A stretch of 64,000 nt of DNA from a virus (Duplodnaviria; Caudoviricetes): positions 32,356-96,355 of the IMG/VR virus record IMGVR_UViG_2841531823_000001. The stretch is one strand, 5' to 3'. The notes under the pieces are model-generated. The model worked only from the letters and a program-made list of their open reading frames with translations. It was not told the DNA's origin and searched no databases. Position numbers and translations under genes: made by a program. Position 1 is the first letter of the stretch. Each line of letters opens with the position of its first letter. Shown here piece after piece: positions 1 to 8,067 of the stretch.

Positions 1-235
1 GCGGCTCCCCGTCGAACGTCGCTTCCTCGATCTTGTGGATGACGGCATGTTCAGGGGTAACGATCGCCTGCCGGTTCTCCGTCAGATCGAAGCTCGAGAT
101 CGAGCGCCAGCCGTTCGTGCGCTCGCACCACTCTATCGCGGCGGACCGGAGCGCCCGCTCCGCGGTGTGCTGCGGGCATCCGGGCGCGAAGGGCAGGACG
201 TAGCCCAGGAACAGTGAGAGCTCGACCATCGCCAT
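1..235 (-). CDS. Virion/head-tail adaptor protein, 5' part only
   Basis: ATG at 235 with GGAGG RBS; MAMVELSLFLGYVLPFAPGCPQHTAERALRSAAIEWCERT continues off the window edge; sits in the structural operon. Confidence 0.7.
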   Translation of the reverse strand, partial: MAMVELSLFLGYVLPFAPGCPQHTAERALRSAAIEWCERTNGWRSISSFDLTENRQAIVTPEHAVIHKIEEATFDGEP

Positions 236-247
236 TGCGGCCTCCTA

Positions 248-940
248 TCAGGCGGGCATCTTCGCCTGGTTGGCGAGGGCCATCGCCGCTTCGCCGTTCG
301 CCACGCCCTCGATGATGGTGGTGAACATCTGGAAGTGCGCGGCGGCGCGCTCCCCTGCGCCGGGAAGGCCCGCGTCCTTGCTGAAGGCCCGGTAGAGCAC
401 GAAGTTCTCGAGCGCATTGCGCCAGACGTCTGGCATCGGCACCGCCGTGGTGTAGGCGTCGATGTCGAGCGCGCCGGCGCCTGCTGGGGCGGCGATCGGC
501 GCGGGCATCACGCCAACAACGGCCTCGATCTTCCCGGTGCCATCATTGCCTGGCACGACGAAGAAGGTCCGCGGGTCGTTCATCGAATGGATGACGTGCC
601 GAACCGTCTTGTTGAAGGGCAGGGTGGTCGTGTCCTGCCAGCCCGGGATCTGCGCATCCATCAGCGTCCGGTTGGCCAAGGCGCGGATCGCGGTCTTGGG
701 GGCCACGGTATTGTGGGTCACATCCGCCAGGATGGTGCAGTCGGCCGGCAGATCCTGCTTCGTGCCCACGACGAGGGTGAGTTCGCGCGTGTCGGACACC
801 GCATTGGGTTTCCGCGTGACGATCTCGCGCATCCCGCCGTTCAGGTAGTCGAGCAGCTCTGGCGGCGTCCAGCGGATCGCGCCACTGTCCTGCAGGGTAA
901 TCGACGCGGCCTTCATCACGTCTTTGGCGGTGAAGCTCAT
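248..940 (-). CDS. Virion structural/head-tail adaptor protein (DUF6682-like)
   Basis: MSFTAKDV...RWTPPELLDYLN...YRAFSKDA pattern typical of podovirus adaptor proteins downstream of the capsid. Confidence 0.75.
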   Translation of the reverse strand: MSFTAKDVMKAASITLQDSGAIRWTPPELLDYLNGGMREIVTRKPNAVSDTRELTLVVGTKQDLPADCTILADVTHNTVAPKTAIRALANRTLMDAQIPGWQDTTTLPFNKTVRHVIHSMNDPRTFFVVPGNDGTGKIEAVVGVMPAPIAAPAGAGALDIDAYTTAVPMPDVWRNALENFVLYRAFSKDAGLPGAGERAAAHFQMFTTIIEGVANGEAAMALANQAKMPA

Positions 941-1227
941 GGGGCGGCTCCTTCGGTGGCGCGGCCGCGGGGCCACGAGGTTTCGATGCGGTGGCTCTTG
1001 GGCGCCGCGATGCTCATCAGCACGGCCGCGGGGCCGATGCGGGAGAGGCGGAGGGAAATGCCGTCGGTGCGAATCTCGCCGGAATTGCGGAAGGCCTGCA
1101 CGGTCCGTCCGGCGGGCCCCTCAGCGTCGACCTGGACGCACCAGCGCCCGATGCGCGTGAGGCGCGCGCGCACGGGCCCGATGCGGATCTCGTCGCCCGC
1201 CTGGATGTTGCGGCGGAGGTTGAGCAC
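937..1227 (-). CDS. 96-aa protein with an internal repeat, possibly tandem CsrA-like domains
   Basis: GTG start with GGAGG RBS; repeat DEIRIGPVRARLTRIG / GEIRTDGISLRLSRIG; C-terminal MSIAAPKSHRIE resembles CsrA IGVNAPKEVSVH. Confidence 0.5.
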   Translation of the reverse strand: MLNLRRNIQAGDEIRIGPVRARLTRIGRWCVQVDAEGPAGRTVQAFRNSGEIRTDGISLRLSRIGPAAVLMSIAAPKSHRIETSWPRGRATEGAAP

Positions 1228-1228
1228 G

Positions 1229-1618
1229 TCAGCCCTCCGCGCGCTTCTCGATGATGTCGGCGATGATGGTCTCGCGCTTGGCGCGCCAGTGCGGTTTGCG
1301 GCCGAAGAGGGCGACGTAGGCCGCATCGATCTCCTCGTCGGTCATGTCCTCGAGGGGCCTGGCCGCCGGATCGACCGGGGCGGGCGGCTCGGGAGCGGCG
1401 GGCGCGACCAGCTGCGCCGGCTCGAGCTTCTCCGGGGCGGCGGCGGGCTCCTCGGCCGGCACATAGGCGGTGATGGCGAGGAAGATGGCGATGTGCTCGG
1501 GATCGGTGACTTCGGCGACGTGCGGCCCGCCGGGCTGGCGCTCGAAGAAGCGGTATTCCTTATCCCCAATCGGGGCATAGGTTCCGCCTTGGCGGATGCG
1601 GAGGCATTCAATCAGCAT
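1229..1618 (-). CDS. Hypothetical virion-associated protein
   Basis: AGGAG RBS, coupled in the structural operon. Confidence 0.7.
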   Translation of the reverse strand: MLIECLRIRQGGTYAPIGDKEYRFFERQPGGPHVAEVTDPEHIAIFLAITAYVPAEEPAAAPEKLEPAQLVAPAAPEPPAPVDPAARPLEDMTDEEIDAAYVALFGRKPHWRAKRETIIADIIEKRAEG

Positions 1619-1675
1619 GGCGGGCGTCCTGCTCCTGAAGGTTGGTGGCGCCCGGCGCGGGCCGGGCGCGCGAGA

Positions 1676-2116
1676 TCAGTGGGTGTAGTCGATGACCAGC
1701 GTGAGGGTCTTGGTGGAGCCGGCCACGACGTTGCCCGAGAGGGTGACGCCGATACCGCGGTTGCCCTCGTCCGGCGCGATGGCCAGACAGGCGGCCGTGG
1801 TGGCCGAGACCGCAGTCCCGTTCACCGAGGCGTCATTCAGGATCTGGTCCCCGACCGTGCGGGTGGGATCGGTGGAGCCCGGTTCGCCCGACATCAGGCC
1901 GACATCGGCGGTGATCGCGCCGAGGGCGCCCGAGATCAGTTCGGCGCGGAGCAGCTGGGCGCCGGCCGGGAGGAGGCCGAGCTCGAGCTTGTCGCTGGCC
2001 GCCGTGAACGCGGCATCGAAGGTGTGCTTGAAGACGGCCGTCATGCGGGCGCCGGAGACGTAGCCGGTGGGCGGGGTCGCCTTGCCGCGCGCGACCTTGG
2101 ACTGAATCAGAGCCAT
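1676..2116 (-). CDS. Virion protein, putative capsid decoration/cement protein
   Basis: 146 aa, beta-rich, directly downstream of the major capsid gene. Confidence 0.7.
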   Translation of the reverse strand: MALIQSKVARGKATPPTGYVSGARMTAVFKHTFDAAFTAASDKLELGLLPAGAQLLRAELISGALGAITADVGLMSGEPGSTDPTRTVGDQILNDASVNGTAVSATTAACLAIAPDEGNRGIGVTLSGNVVAGSTKTLTLVIDYTH

Positions 2117-2182
2117 GTGGGGTGTCCTTCAGATGGCGGGTTGCGGGGTGCTGCCGCCCGGTCAGGCGGCAGCGTCAGGCGA

Positions 2183-3283
2183 TCAGGCGGCCTCGGGATC
2201 CTTGGCCGCCGTGTCGATGGCCATCACGCCGAAGTCGCGGCCGTTGAAGCGCGTCTTCTTGAGGCCGAAGATGGCGCCCGAGGCGACGGTCGGCAGGTTG
2301 CCGTAGTCTTCGAGCTCCTCTTCCCAGGACCAGCGCATCCCGGCCGGCGTGCCGTAGGCGATGACGCCGGCCTGCTTGCCGAGCAGAAGCGCCCGCGCCG
2401 CCGGGATATTCGCGCCCGCGCCATAGTCGGTGAACCGGATCACGTCGGGATGGTCGTGCAGGATCGTGTTGCCGATCATGCCGAGCCCGCCCGTGAAGAT
2501 GCGGTTCTTCGAGCCCTCGGCGCCGGCCGCGGCCTTCTGGATGTCGATCCAGCCCGAGGTGTCGGCGGTGCGCATGTCGTGGCTCTGGTAGGTCGACATG
2601 ACGCAGACATACCGATCCGCGCCTTCGACGCTGACCGGCAGCATCTCGGTCGAGTCCTGATCGCGGACCTTCACCATCTTCGCGGCCGTGTTCGCGCGCT
2701 CGATGACGGCCTTGGCCATCTTGTCGGTCGCCGTGAGCTCGGCCTTGGCCTTCGCCGAGCCGCCGTACAGGATGTGCGCGCTGTCCGGCGCCTGCAGGGC
2801 GTTGCCGGCGTGCCCGATGTAGTCGGTGTCCTCGATGAAGTCCGAATTGTGGCCGCGGGCCCCGGAGAGGTAGATGAACATGATCTCGTCCATGTACTTC
2901 TTCCAGTAGTCCGACAGACGCTCCTTCGCGACCTTGCGCAGATCGTGCTGGGTCCGCTTGCGGGTCATCTTGCCGCCCGCGTTCACCGGATGGCGGAGTT
3001 GGTCGATGATGACCTCATCGGAGAAGAAGCGCAGCGACTCCTCCTTGCCCTTGATCCGGTTGTCGCCGGAAGTCGGCTTCTGGCGCAGCTGCGCCGAGAG
3101 GTCGAACTGCACGCGGTCGCCGGCATCCGAGACCAGATCCAGCTTTTCCTCGACGATGTTGTTCTCGCCGGTGCCGATGAATTTCCGGTTCCAGTAGCTC
3201 TTGCGGTTGATGTCGACCGCAAGGCCGGGGGCCCACTTTTTCAGAGCTCGCGGGTCGCCCCATTTGATGACCGTCTGGGCCAT
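2183..3283 (-). CDS. Major capsid protein, N4-gp56 family
   Basis: GDRVQFDL, GKEESL, IDQLRHPV and FGLKKTRFN...DFGV motifs. Confidence 0.9.
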   Translation of the reverse strand: MAQTVIKWGDPRALKKWAPGLAVDINRKSYWNRKFIGTGENNIVEEKLDLVSDAGDRVQFDLSAQLRQKPTSGDNRIKGKEESLRFFSDEVIIDQLRHPVNAGGKMTRKRTQHDLRKVAKERLSDYWKKYMDEIMFIYLSGARGHNSDFIEDTDYIGHAGNALQAPDSAHILYGGSAKAKAELTATDKMAKAVIERANTAAKMVKVRDQDSTEMLPVSVEGADRYVCVMSTYQSHDMRTADTSGWIDIQKAAAGAEGSKNRIFTGGLGMIGNTILHDHPDVIRFTDYGAGANIPAARALLLGKQAGVIAYGTPAGMRWSWEEELEDYGNLPTVASGAIFGLKKTRFNGRDFGVMAIDTAAKDPEAA

Positions 3284-3310
3284 GTCAGTTCCCTCTTGCT
3301 TGGTGCAATC

Positions 3311-3325
3311 GGGACGTCCTGCCCC
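3311..3325 (-). promoter_or_regulatory. Candidate CsrA/RsmA-binding hairpin in the capsid leader
   Basis: Minus-strand GGGGC-AGGAC-GUCCC: AGGAC loop closed by a C-G pair, about 28 nt upstream of the capsid ATG. Confidence 0.5.
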
Positions 3326-3415
3326 TTGGTGGGCCGAATCTACCAGATGTTGCGGTTATCGGCAACGACAGCCGCAACATATGGTGTTGCCTGGAGTCAA
3401 GCGGGATCTCGGGCA

Positions 3416-3448
3416 CGAAAAAGCCCCGGGCCTTTCGGTCCGGGGCTC
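3416..3448 (-). terminator. Rho-independent terminator between the CsrA-like gene and the capsid gene
   Basis: GAGCCCCGGACC-GAAA-GGCCCGGGGCTTTTT on the minus strand. Confidence 0.75.
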
Positions 3449-3516
3449 GTGTCACATGCAGGGAAGGAGGGTCCATGACCTCTCGGATCACAATTTGGGC
3501 CACATCAGGCGGAACG

Positions 3517-3693
3517 TCAAGTCTCCGGCGGCCAGTCAGGGGGCTGGACGTCTTCCCCGATGCGCAGGATCGGCACATTGCGCGGGGCATCCACCTGCAG
3601 CCATGCCTTACGGCCCTCGGCTGCGCTGCACCGCACGGTGATCTCGGCGCCAATCTTGACAGCCTCGCCGGGTTTAAGCCGCGTCGTGAACAC
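3517..3693 (-). CDS. CsrA/RsmA-like carbon storage regulator family protein, 58 aa
   Basis: GTG with GGAGG RBS; VFTTRLKPGEAVKIGAEITVRCSAAEGRKAWLQVDAPRNVPILRIGE aligns by eye with the CsrA consensus. Confidence 0.75.
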   Translation of the reverse strand: MFTTRLKPGEAVKIGAEITVRCSAAEGRKAWLQVDAPRNVPILRIGEDVQPPDWPPET

Positions 3694-3706
3694 CTCGCGC
3701 CCTCCC

Positions 3707-4705
3707 TCAGCCAGCAGCCATATAGGCGTCGCGGTCCTCATCCGAGAGGGAGGCCAGAAGCTGCTCCTTCGTGCGAGGGTCGGCCTTGTCCATGGCGGCT
3801 TGGAACTGCGCCCAGCGGTTGCCACCGGCCTCAGTCGTGGCCGCGGCCGGGATATTGGCGAGCGTCATCGGCGGCGCGGGCTTCTTGCGCTGCTTCTCGG
3901 CCTGCTTCTCGGCCTGCGCCTCGCCCTTTTTCGCGCCCGGCATGGTGGGGATCGCTGCCTTCACGGCCGGCTGGTCCAGCAGATAGCGCCGGTGCGCAAG
4001 TTCGAGCATCTGGCGCGGCGACAGCGCGGAATAGCGCGGATCGCCCGTCACAGCGCGCACATGGGCGTCGTAGGCTTCGGCGTGCTCCTCGGTGATGAGG
4101 TCCGGCACCTCCTTGAGGTAGGCGATGGCGGCATCCTTGAACGAGGTCGCGAACGCCTGATCCTGCGCCTCCTGCAACTTGCGCTGGAGGTTGGCCGTCG
4201 CCTCGGCTGCGATTCCGGCGTCGATCTCGGCGAGCTTGGCCCGGTATTCTTCCCGCGTGTGCTCGCCATCCTCGTATTCATCGAAGAGAGCCGCCCGCTT
4301 GGCGTTGGCGGCCTCGGTGGCGTCCTTGAAGGCGGCGTCGAGCATGGCCTGATCGGGCACGACAGGCGCGGCGGCCGCGGCCGGGGGCTCCTCATGTGCG
4401 GGTTCCACGCCTTCGGTGCCATCGGCCACCGGCTCCGGCGGATCGTCCGCAAACATGATGGCTTCGCGCTCTTCTTTCGTCAGCGCGAAGCCCTCGGGCA
4501 GACCCTCGTCGTCGTCGTCATCGTCTCCTGCGTCGTCGTCCTCGTCCAGCGCCTTCAGGGCGGCGCGCTCGGCGGGCGAGAGCCGCTCCAGCTCGTCCTC
4601 GCTCGGCTCTCCGGTGGGCTCCACGTCCGGCGCGAGCTTCGGAAGGGTGGCGGCGGCCTCCTCGGCCGTTGGTGCTTGGGTGGTCGGGTCGTTGGGGTCA
4701 GCCAT
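3707..4705 (-). CDS. Scaffolding protein
   Basis: Very acidic helical protein between portal and capsid; AGGAGG RBS. Confidence 0.75.
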   Translation of the reverse strand: MADPNDPTTQAPTAEEAAATLPKLAPDVEPTGEPSEDELERLSPAERAALKALDEDDDAGDDDDDDEGLPEGFALTKEEREAIMFADDPPEPVADGTEGVEPAHEEPPAAAAAPVVPDQAMLDAAFKDATEAANAKRAALFDEYEDGEHTREEYRAKLAEIDAGIAAEATANLQRKLQEAQDQAFATSFKDAAIAYLKEVPDLITEEHAEAYDAHVRAVTGDPRYSALSPRQMLELAHRRYLLDQPAVKAAIPTMPGAKKGEAQAEKQAEKQRKKPAPPMTLANIPAAATTEAGGNRWAQFQAAMDKADPRTKEQLLASLSDEDRDAYMAAG

Positions 4706-4719
4706 CTTGGCCTCCTGCA

Positions 4720-4878
4720 TCACGCGGTGACGTGCTTGGCCGCCCACATGGCGGCCTCCTCAATCTTGGTCTTGGCGAGCGACAGTTCGCGGCCAGTACC
4801 AAGGCTGCCGATGACGGCGAGAAATGCGGCAGCCGCATCCTCAACCATCTTGAGATCGGCCTTCTGATTGTCAGTCAC
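4720..4878 (-). CDS. Acb2/Tad1-like helical-hairpin micro-protein, 52 aa, not in the ORF track
   Basis: GTG with AGGAG RBS; MTDNQKADLKMVEDAAAAFLAVIGSLGTGRELSLAKTKIEEAAMWAAKHVTA contains an RExSLAxTKxEEAxMWA signature. Confidence 0.65.
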   Translation of the reverse strand: MTDNQKADLKMVEDAAAAFLAVIGSLGTGRELSLAKTKIEEAAMWAAKHVTA

Positions 4879-4929
4879 GACGGTTCTCCTATGGGTGGTG
4901 GGCCGGGCTCCGCGCCCGGCCGGTATGGG

Positions 4930-5412
4930 TCAGACGGGGGCGAGGAAGTTGGCTGCCTTGGCGGCCAGCCGCGCGCGGTCGCCGTGGTTCTCCGATGCGA
5001 AGGCCCCGAGCAGGCCGGCGATGATGGCGCGGGCCTCGGCGAGCTTCTCGGCATCGGCCTCGAAGTCGAGCGTCTGGATGAAGATGCCGGCAGGCTTGGA
5101 CAACTCGCCGCGCAACTCCTCATCGGAAATGGGCAGCTTCGGCGAGGCGCTGCACACGCGGTCCGGCCCGCACTTCGGCCCATCGAGTTCCACGCCCAGC
5201 AGCTGCGCCACGGCGCGCACGGCGGCGTCATCGCCTTTCGCCAGATCCTTGACGCGCTCTCTGTTCGGCACGAGGTCGGCGTCGTCCTCGATAGACCAGC
5301 CGCCGGGCATCATCTCGCGCATGACGATCCGGCGCAGCGGCGGCGGCGCGACTTTCGGCGCCGCCACGTTCGGGCTGACGATGCAGCCGGCAGGGGGAAA
5401 TTGGTTGCTCAC
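4930..5412 (-). CDS. Hypothetical protein
   Basis: GTGA overlap with the portal stop. Confidence 0.6.
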   Translation of the reverse strand: MSNQFPPAGCIVSPNVAAPKVAPPPLRRIVMREMMPGGWSIEDDADLVPNRERVKDLAKGDDAAVRAVAQLLGVELDGPKCGPDRVCSASPKLPISDEELRGELSKPAGIFIQTLDFEADAEKLAEARAIIAGLLGAFASENHGDRARLAAKAANFLAPV

Positions 5413-7625
5413 GGCTGAAGTCCTTCCATCGGTTGGGGTTGGGGTTGAGGTTCCGCCGGCATGGGCATGTCGCCGGCCGGCATTGGGGCTGCATCCAGCG
5501 CCGGGGCGGCACCGGAGGCGGCGAGGAGCGCGTCGGCGGTGTCAACCGCGGGCTCGGCCTGGAGCATCTGGATCGCCGTCTCCAGCGCGGCGCGCAGCTG
5601 GGCGAGGCGGTCGGTCGGCAGGGACGCCTCCGCCTTAGCGGCTTGGACGGCCTTGAGCGCGGCCGCGGCTTGCTTGTCGGCGGCCTCGCCCTCGAGCTTG
5701 GCGAGCTCGGCCATGGCGGCGCGCTGCTCCATCTCGGCTTGCGCGGCCTTGGCCTCCTCGCGCGCCTGGCGCTCGGGATCGGGCGAGTTCGGGTCCGCGT
5801 CGGGATCCTCCTGCCCGGTCAGGCCGCGGATGCGCTTCACGATCTCCTCCTGCGAGGGGATGTCCATGGCCTCTACCAGCAGGTCCAGAAGCGCCATGAC
5901 GATCTGCGGGGCGACGGGTGCCAGCTGCATCAGAAGCTCAAGGAAGGCCTGCACCTGGGCCTCGCGCAGCGTTGCCGCCCACTCGTCTTCCGAGAGGATG
6001 TAATCGGCCTTGGTGCGCACGATGTCGTTCTCGGGCAGGCCATCCATGACGGTGATGTATTCCGGCGTCCCGCGGCGGTTCGTGATGCGGAATTGCTTCT
6101 CCTCGGTCATGAACTGCTCGATGAGCGACAGCTTCTTTTCGCCGTGGATCTGTTTCCCCAGCCGGTAGGAGGCGAAGATCGGCGCGGTGGTGAGGGCGCC
6201 CTGATCCTGCCGCCGCTGGATCGCGATGCCGGACTTGGCGTTGGTCGTGCGGCCCATGTTCTCGTCGGTGATGCCGCTGAGACTCTGGATCATCCCGCGC
6301 TCCACTTCGAGGAGCCCCAGCTGGGACTGCGCAAGCTCGCGGTCGGACACGATCTCGATGTTCTTGCCGACGTTCTTCTCGATCACGAAGTCAGGGCGCG
6401 CGATTTCCTCGATGAAATCATCGATGTCATCCACGGCGCCCTTGTCCATGATGACGCCCTTGCTGTTCAGCAGGTATTGAGCCTTGCTGAACCGCTTGTT
6501 GATGTCCGCTTGGGCGTCCCGCATCTGCCGGACGACGCCATAGGGCATCCCGTTGTCGGACCGGCGGTAACACCAGAGGGGCGTGAGCGGGAAACGGTTG
6601 TGCCGATAGGGCGACGGGCTGAGATAGAGCATCCCCGCCGAGGTGAAGATGGCGACGAACATGCGGAACGTCGTCTTGCGGGTGACGCGGGCCCGGCCGG
6701 CGGCCACCTCCTCCTGATGCCCGGGGCTCCACTCGTCGTAGAGTTCGCCCGAGAACTGGCCGCCGGAGACGCGGCGCTCCTTCACCGGCACCCGGAACCA
6801 GCACTCGATCAGCCGCACCCGGTCCCGCGTCGCGGTGGAATACTCGGACATCAGGTCGCCGGTGGTGTCGATCATCTCCTCTTGGGCGTCCATCGCCGTG
6901 TCGCCCATGCGATCAAGGCTCACGGTGTAATCCTGCAGGGATTTCGCCGACATCTCGATCAGGGTCGCGCGGTCGGGGAAGATGTCGGCCGCCGTATCGA
7001 GGTCCACCCATTTCGTGCGGAACAGGTAGCGGGCATCCGACAGGTCATCCTCGCGCGAGGCGCTGTCCCAGAGGATGTTGCGCCACGATTCAGCGCGGTC
7101 ATAGATCGGCTCGCCCTCGGCCTCGTCCTGCACGCCGGCCTCGAGCCAGCCCACGCCGGCCTTGACCTGCTCGCCGAACGCCTTGGAGCCGTGCGCTTCC
7201 GAGCGGTTGACGTCGCTCAGATACTTGAGGATCTGGCTCTTGCGCTCGCCCGCCTTGGCGCCCTCCTTGCGGCGAGGCAGCACCTTGCCATCGGTCCTCG
7301 TGCGCTGCTCGGTGCCGAGCATCCAGTTGATGCTCTGCGCGATGAGGTTGAGCACCATGGGCTCCTGCCCGCGGTCGCGGAGGGTCTGCGCGTCGGCGGC
7401 GGTCCACTGGATGCCGTCATAGAAGGCCTCGTCGGCCTCCATCTGAGCCCGGTTTTCGGAATGGATCGATAGCTCGCGCATGTAGTGCCCGAGCAGGCGA
7501 TGGTGCAGATCGGTGGCGGGCTGCGTGTCCAGATGGGCCCCGAGGGCGGCATCGACATCTCCGAGCAGGCCCTGGAGGAACTTGGTGGGCATTCGCGCCC
7601 CGAAGCGATGGGCCATGTCAGACAT
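5409..7625 (-). CDS. Portal protein (P22/N4-like podovirus type)
   Basis: FYDGIQW, KAGVGWLE, GVVRQMRDAQ, SGIAIQRRQDQG motifs; 738 aa, after the terminase. Confidence 0.9.
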   Translation of the reverse strand: MSDMAHRFGARMPTKFLQGLLGDVDAALGAHLDTQPATDLHHRLLGHYMRELSIHSENRAQMEADEAFYDGIQWTAADAQTLRDRGQEPMVLNLIAQSINWMLGTEQRTRTDGKVLPRRKEGAKAGERKSQILKYLSDVNRSEAHGSKAFGEQVKAGVGWLEAGVQDEAEGEPIYDRAESWRNILWDSASREDDLSDARYLFRTKWVDLDTAADIFPDRATLIEMSAKSLQDYTVSLDRMGDTAMDAQEEMIDTTGDLMSEYSTATRDRVRLIECWFRVPVKERRVSGGQFSGELYDEWSPGHQEEVAAGRARVTRKTTFRMFVAIFTSAGMLYLSPSPYRHNRFPLTPLWCYRRSDNGMPYGVVRQMRDAQADINKRFSKAQYLLNSKGVIMDKGAVDDIDDFIEEIARPDFVIEKNVGKNIEIVSDRELAQSQLGLLEVERGMIQSLSGITDENMGRTTNAKSGIAIQRRQDQGALTTAPIFASYRLGKQIHGEKKLSLIEQFMTEEKQFRITNRRGTPEYITVMDGLPENDIVRTKADYILSEDEWAATLREAQVQAFLELLMQLAPVAPQIVMALLDLLVEAMDIPSQEEIVKRIRGLTGQEDPDADPNSPDPERQAREEAKAAQAEMEQRAAMAELAKLEGEAADKQAAAALKAVQAAKAEASLPTDRLAQLRAALETAIQMLQAEPAVDTADALLAASGAAPALDAAPMPAGDMPMPAEPQPQPQPMEGLQP

Positions 7626-8067
7626 GATCGCGGATCTCCCGTTCGGCGGTTCGGCCGGTGGCGTTGTTTCGGAGCAGCATCTCGGCCACGGCCTCCTGCT
7701 CCGAGCGCGGCATGGGCGGGCAGGTGATGAGCTCGTGCAGGTTCTCCACCACCGCCGTCCGCACGCGATGCACGTCGGCGATGATGAGGCTGGAGAGCCC
7801 GAGGGCGTCGCAGAACAGCATGGCCCGCTTGGTGGCCTCCAGCTGGTCCCCGCGGGTCTCGTCCCAGATCCATGCCGTCGACATGGGCACGACGCAGGGG
7901 ATGATGCGGTCGTAGCCGAGCATGGTGTCGGCCGCTGGGGTGAGGACGAGGCAGGACTCGCCCGTCATGCGGTTCCACGTCGTCCAGACGGAGATCCGCC
8001 GATAGTCGCGCCGGCACCAGGAGAAGCGCAGGTCGTAGGCGGGCTTATAGTCCGGGGTGTCGCTCAT
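7618..8067 (-). CDS. Hypothetical protein between TerL and portal
   Basis: MSDTPDY start overlapping the TerL stop (ATGA). Confidence 0.7.
   Translation of the reverse strand: MSDTPDYKPAYDLRFSWCRRDYRRISVWTTWNRMTGESCLVLTPAADTMLGYDRIIPCVVPMSTAWIWDETRGDQLEATKRAMLFCDALGLSSLIIADVHRVRTAVVENLHELITCPPMPRSEQEAVAEMLLRNNATGRTAEREIRDHV

Noticed and set aside
335-3478. 1047-aa + strand ORF
   Set aside because: Antisense shadow of the capsid and virion genes in GC-rich DNA; Arg/Gly-rich with no motifs
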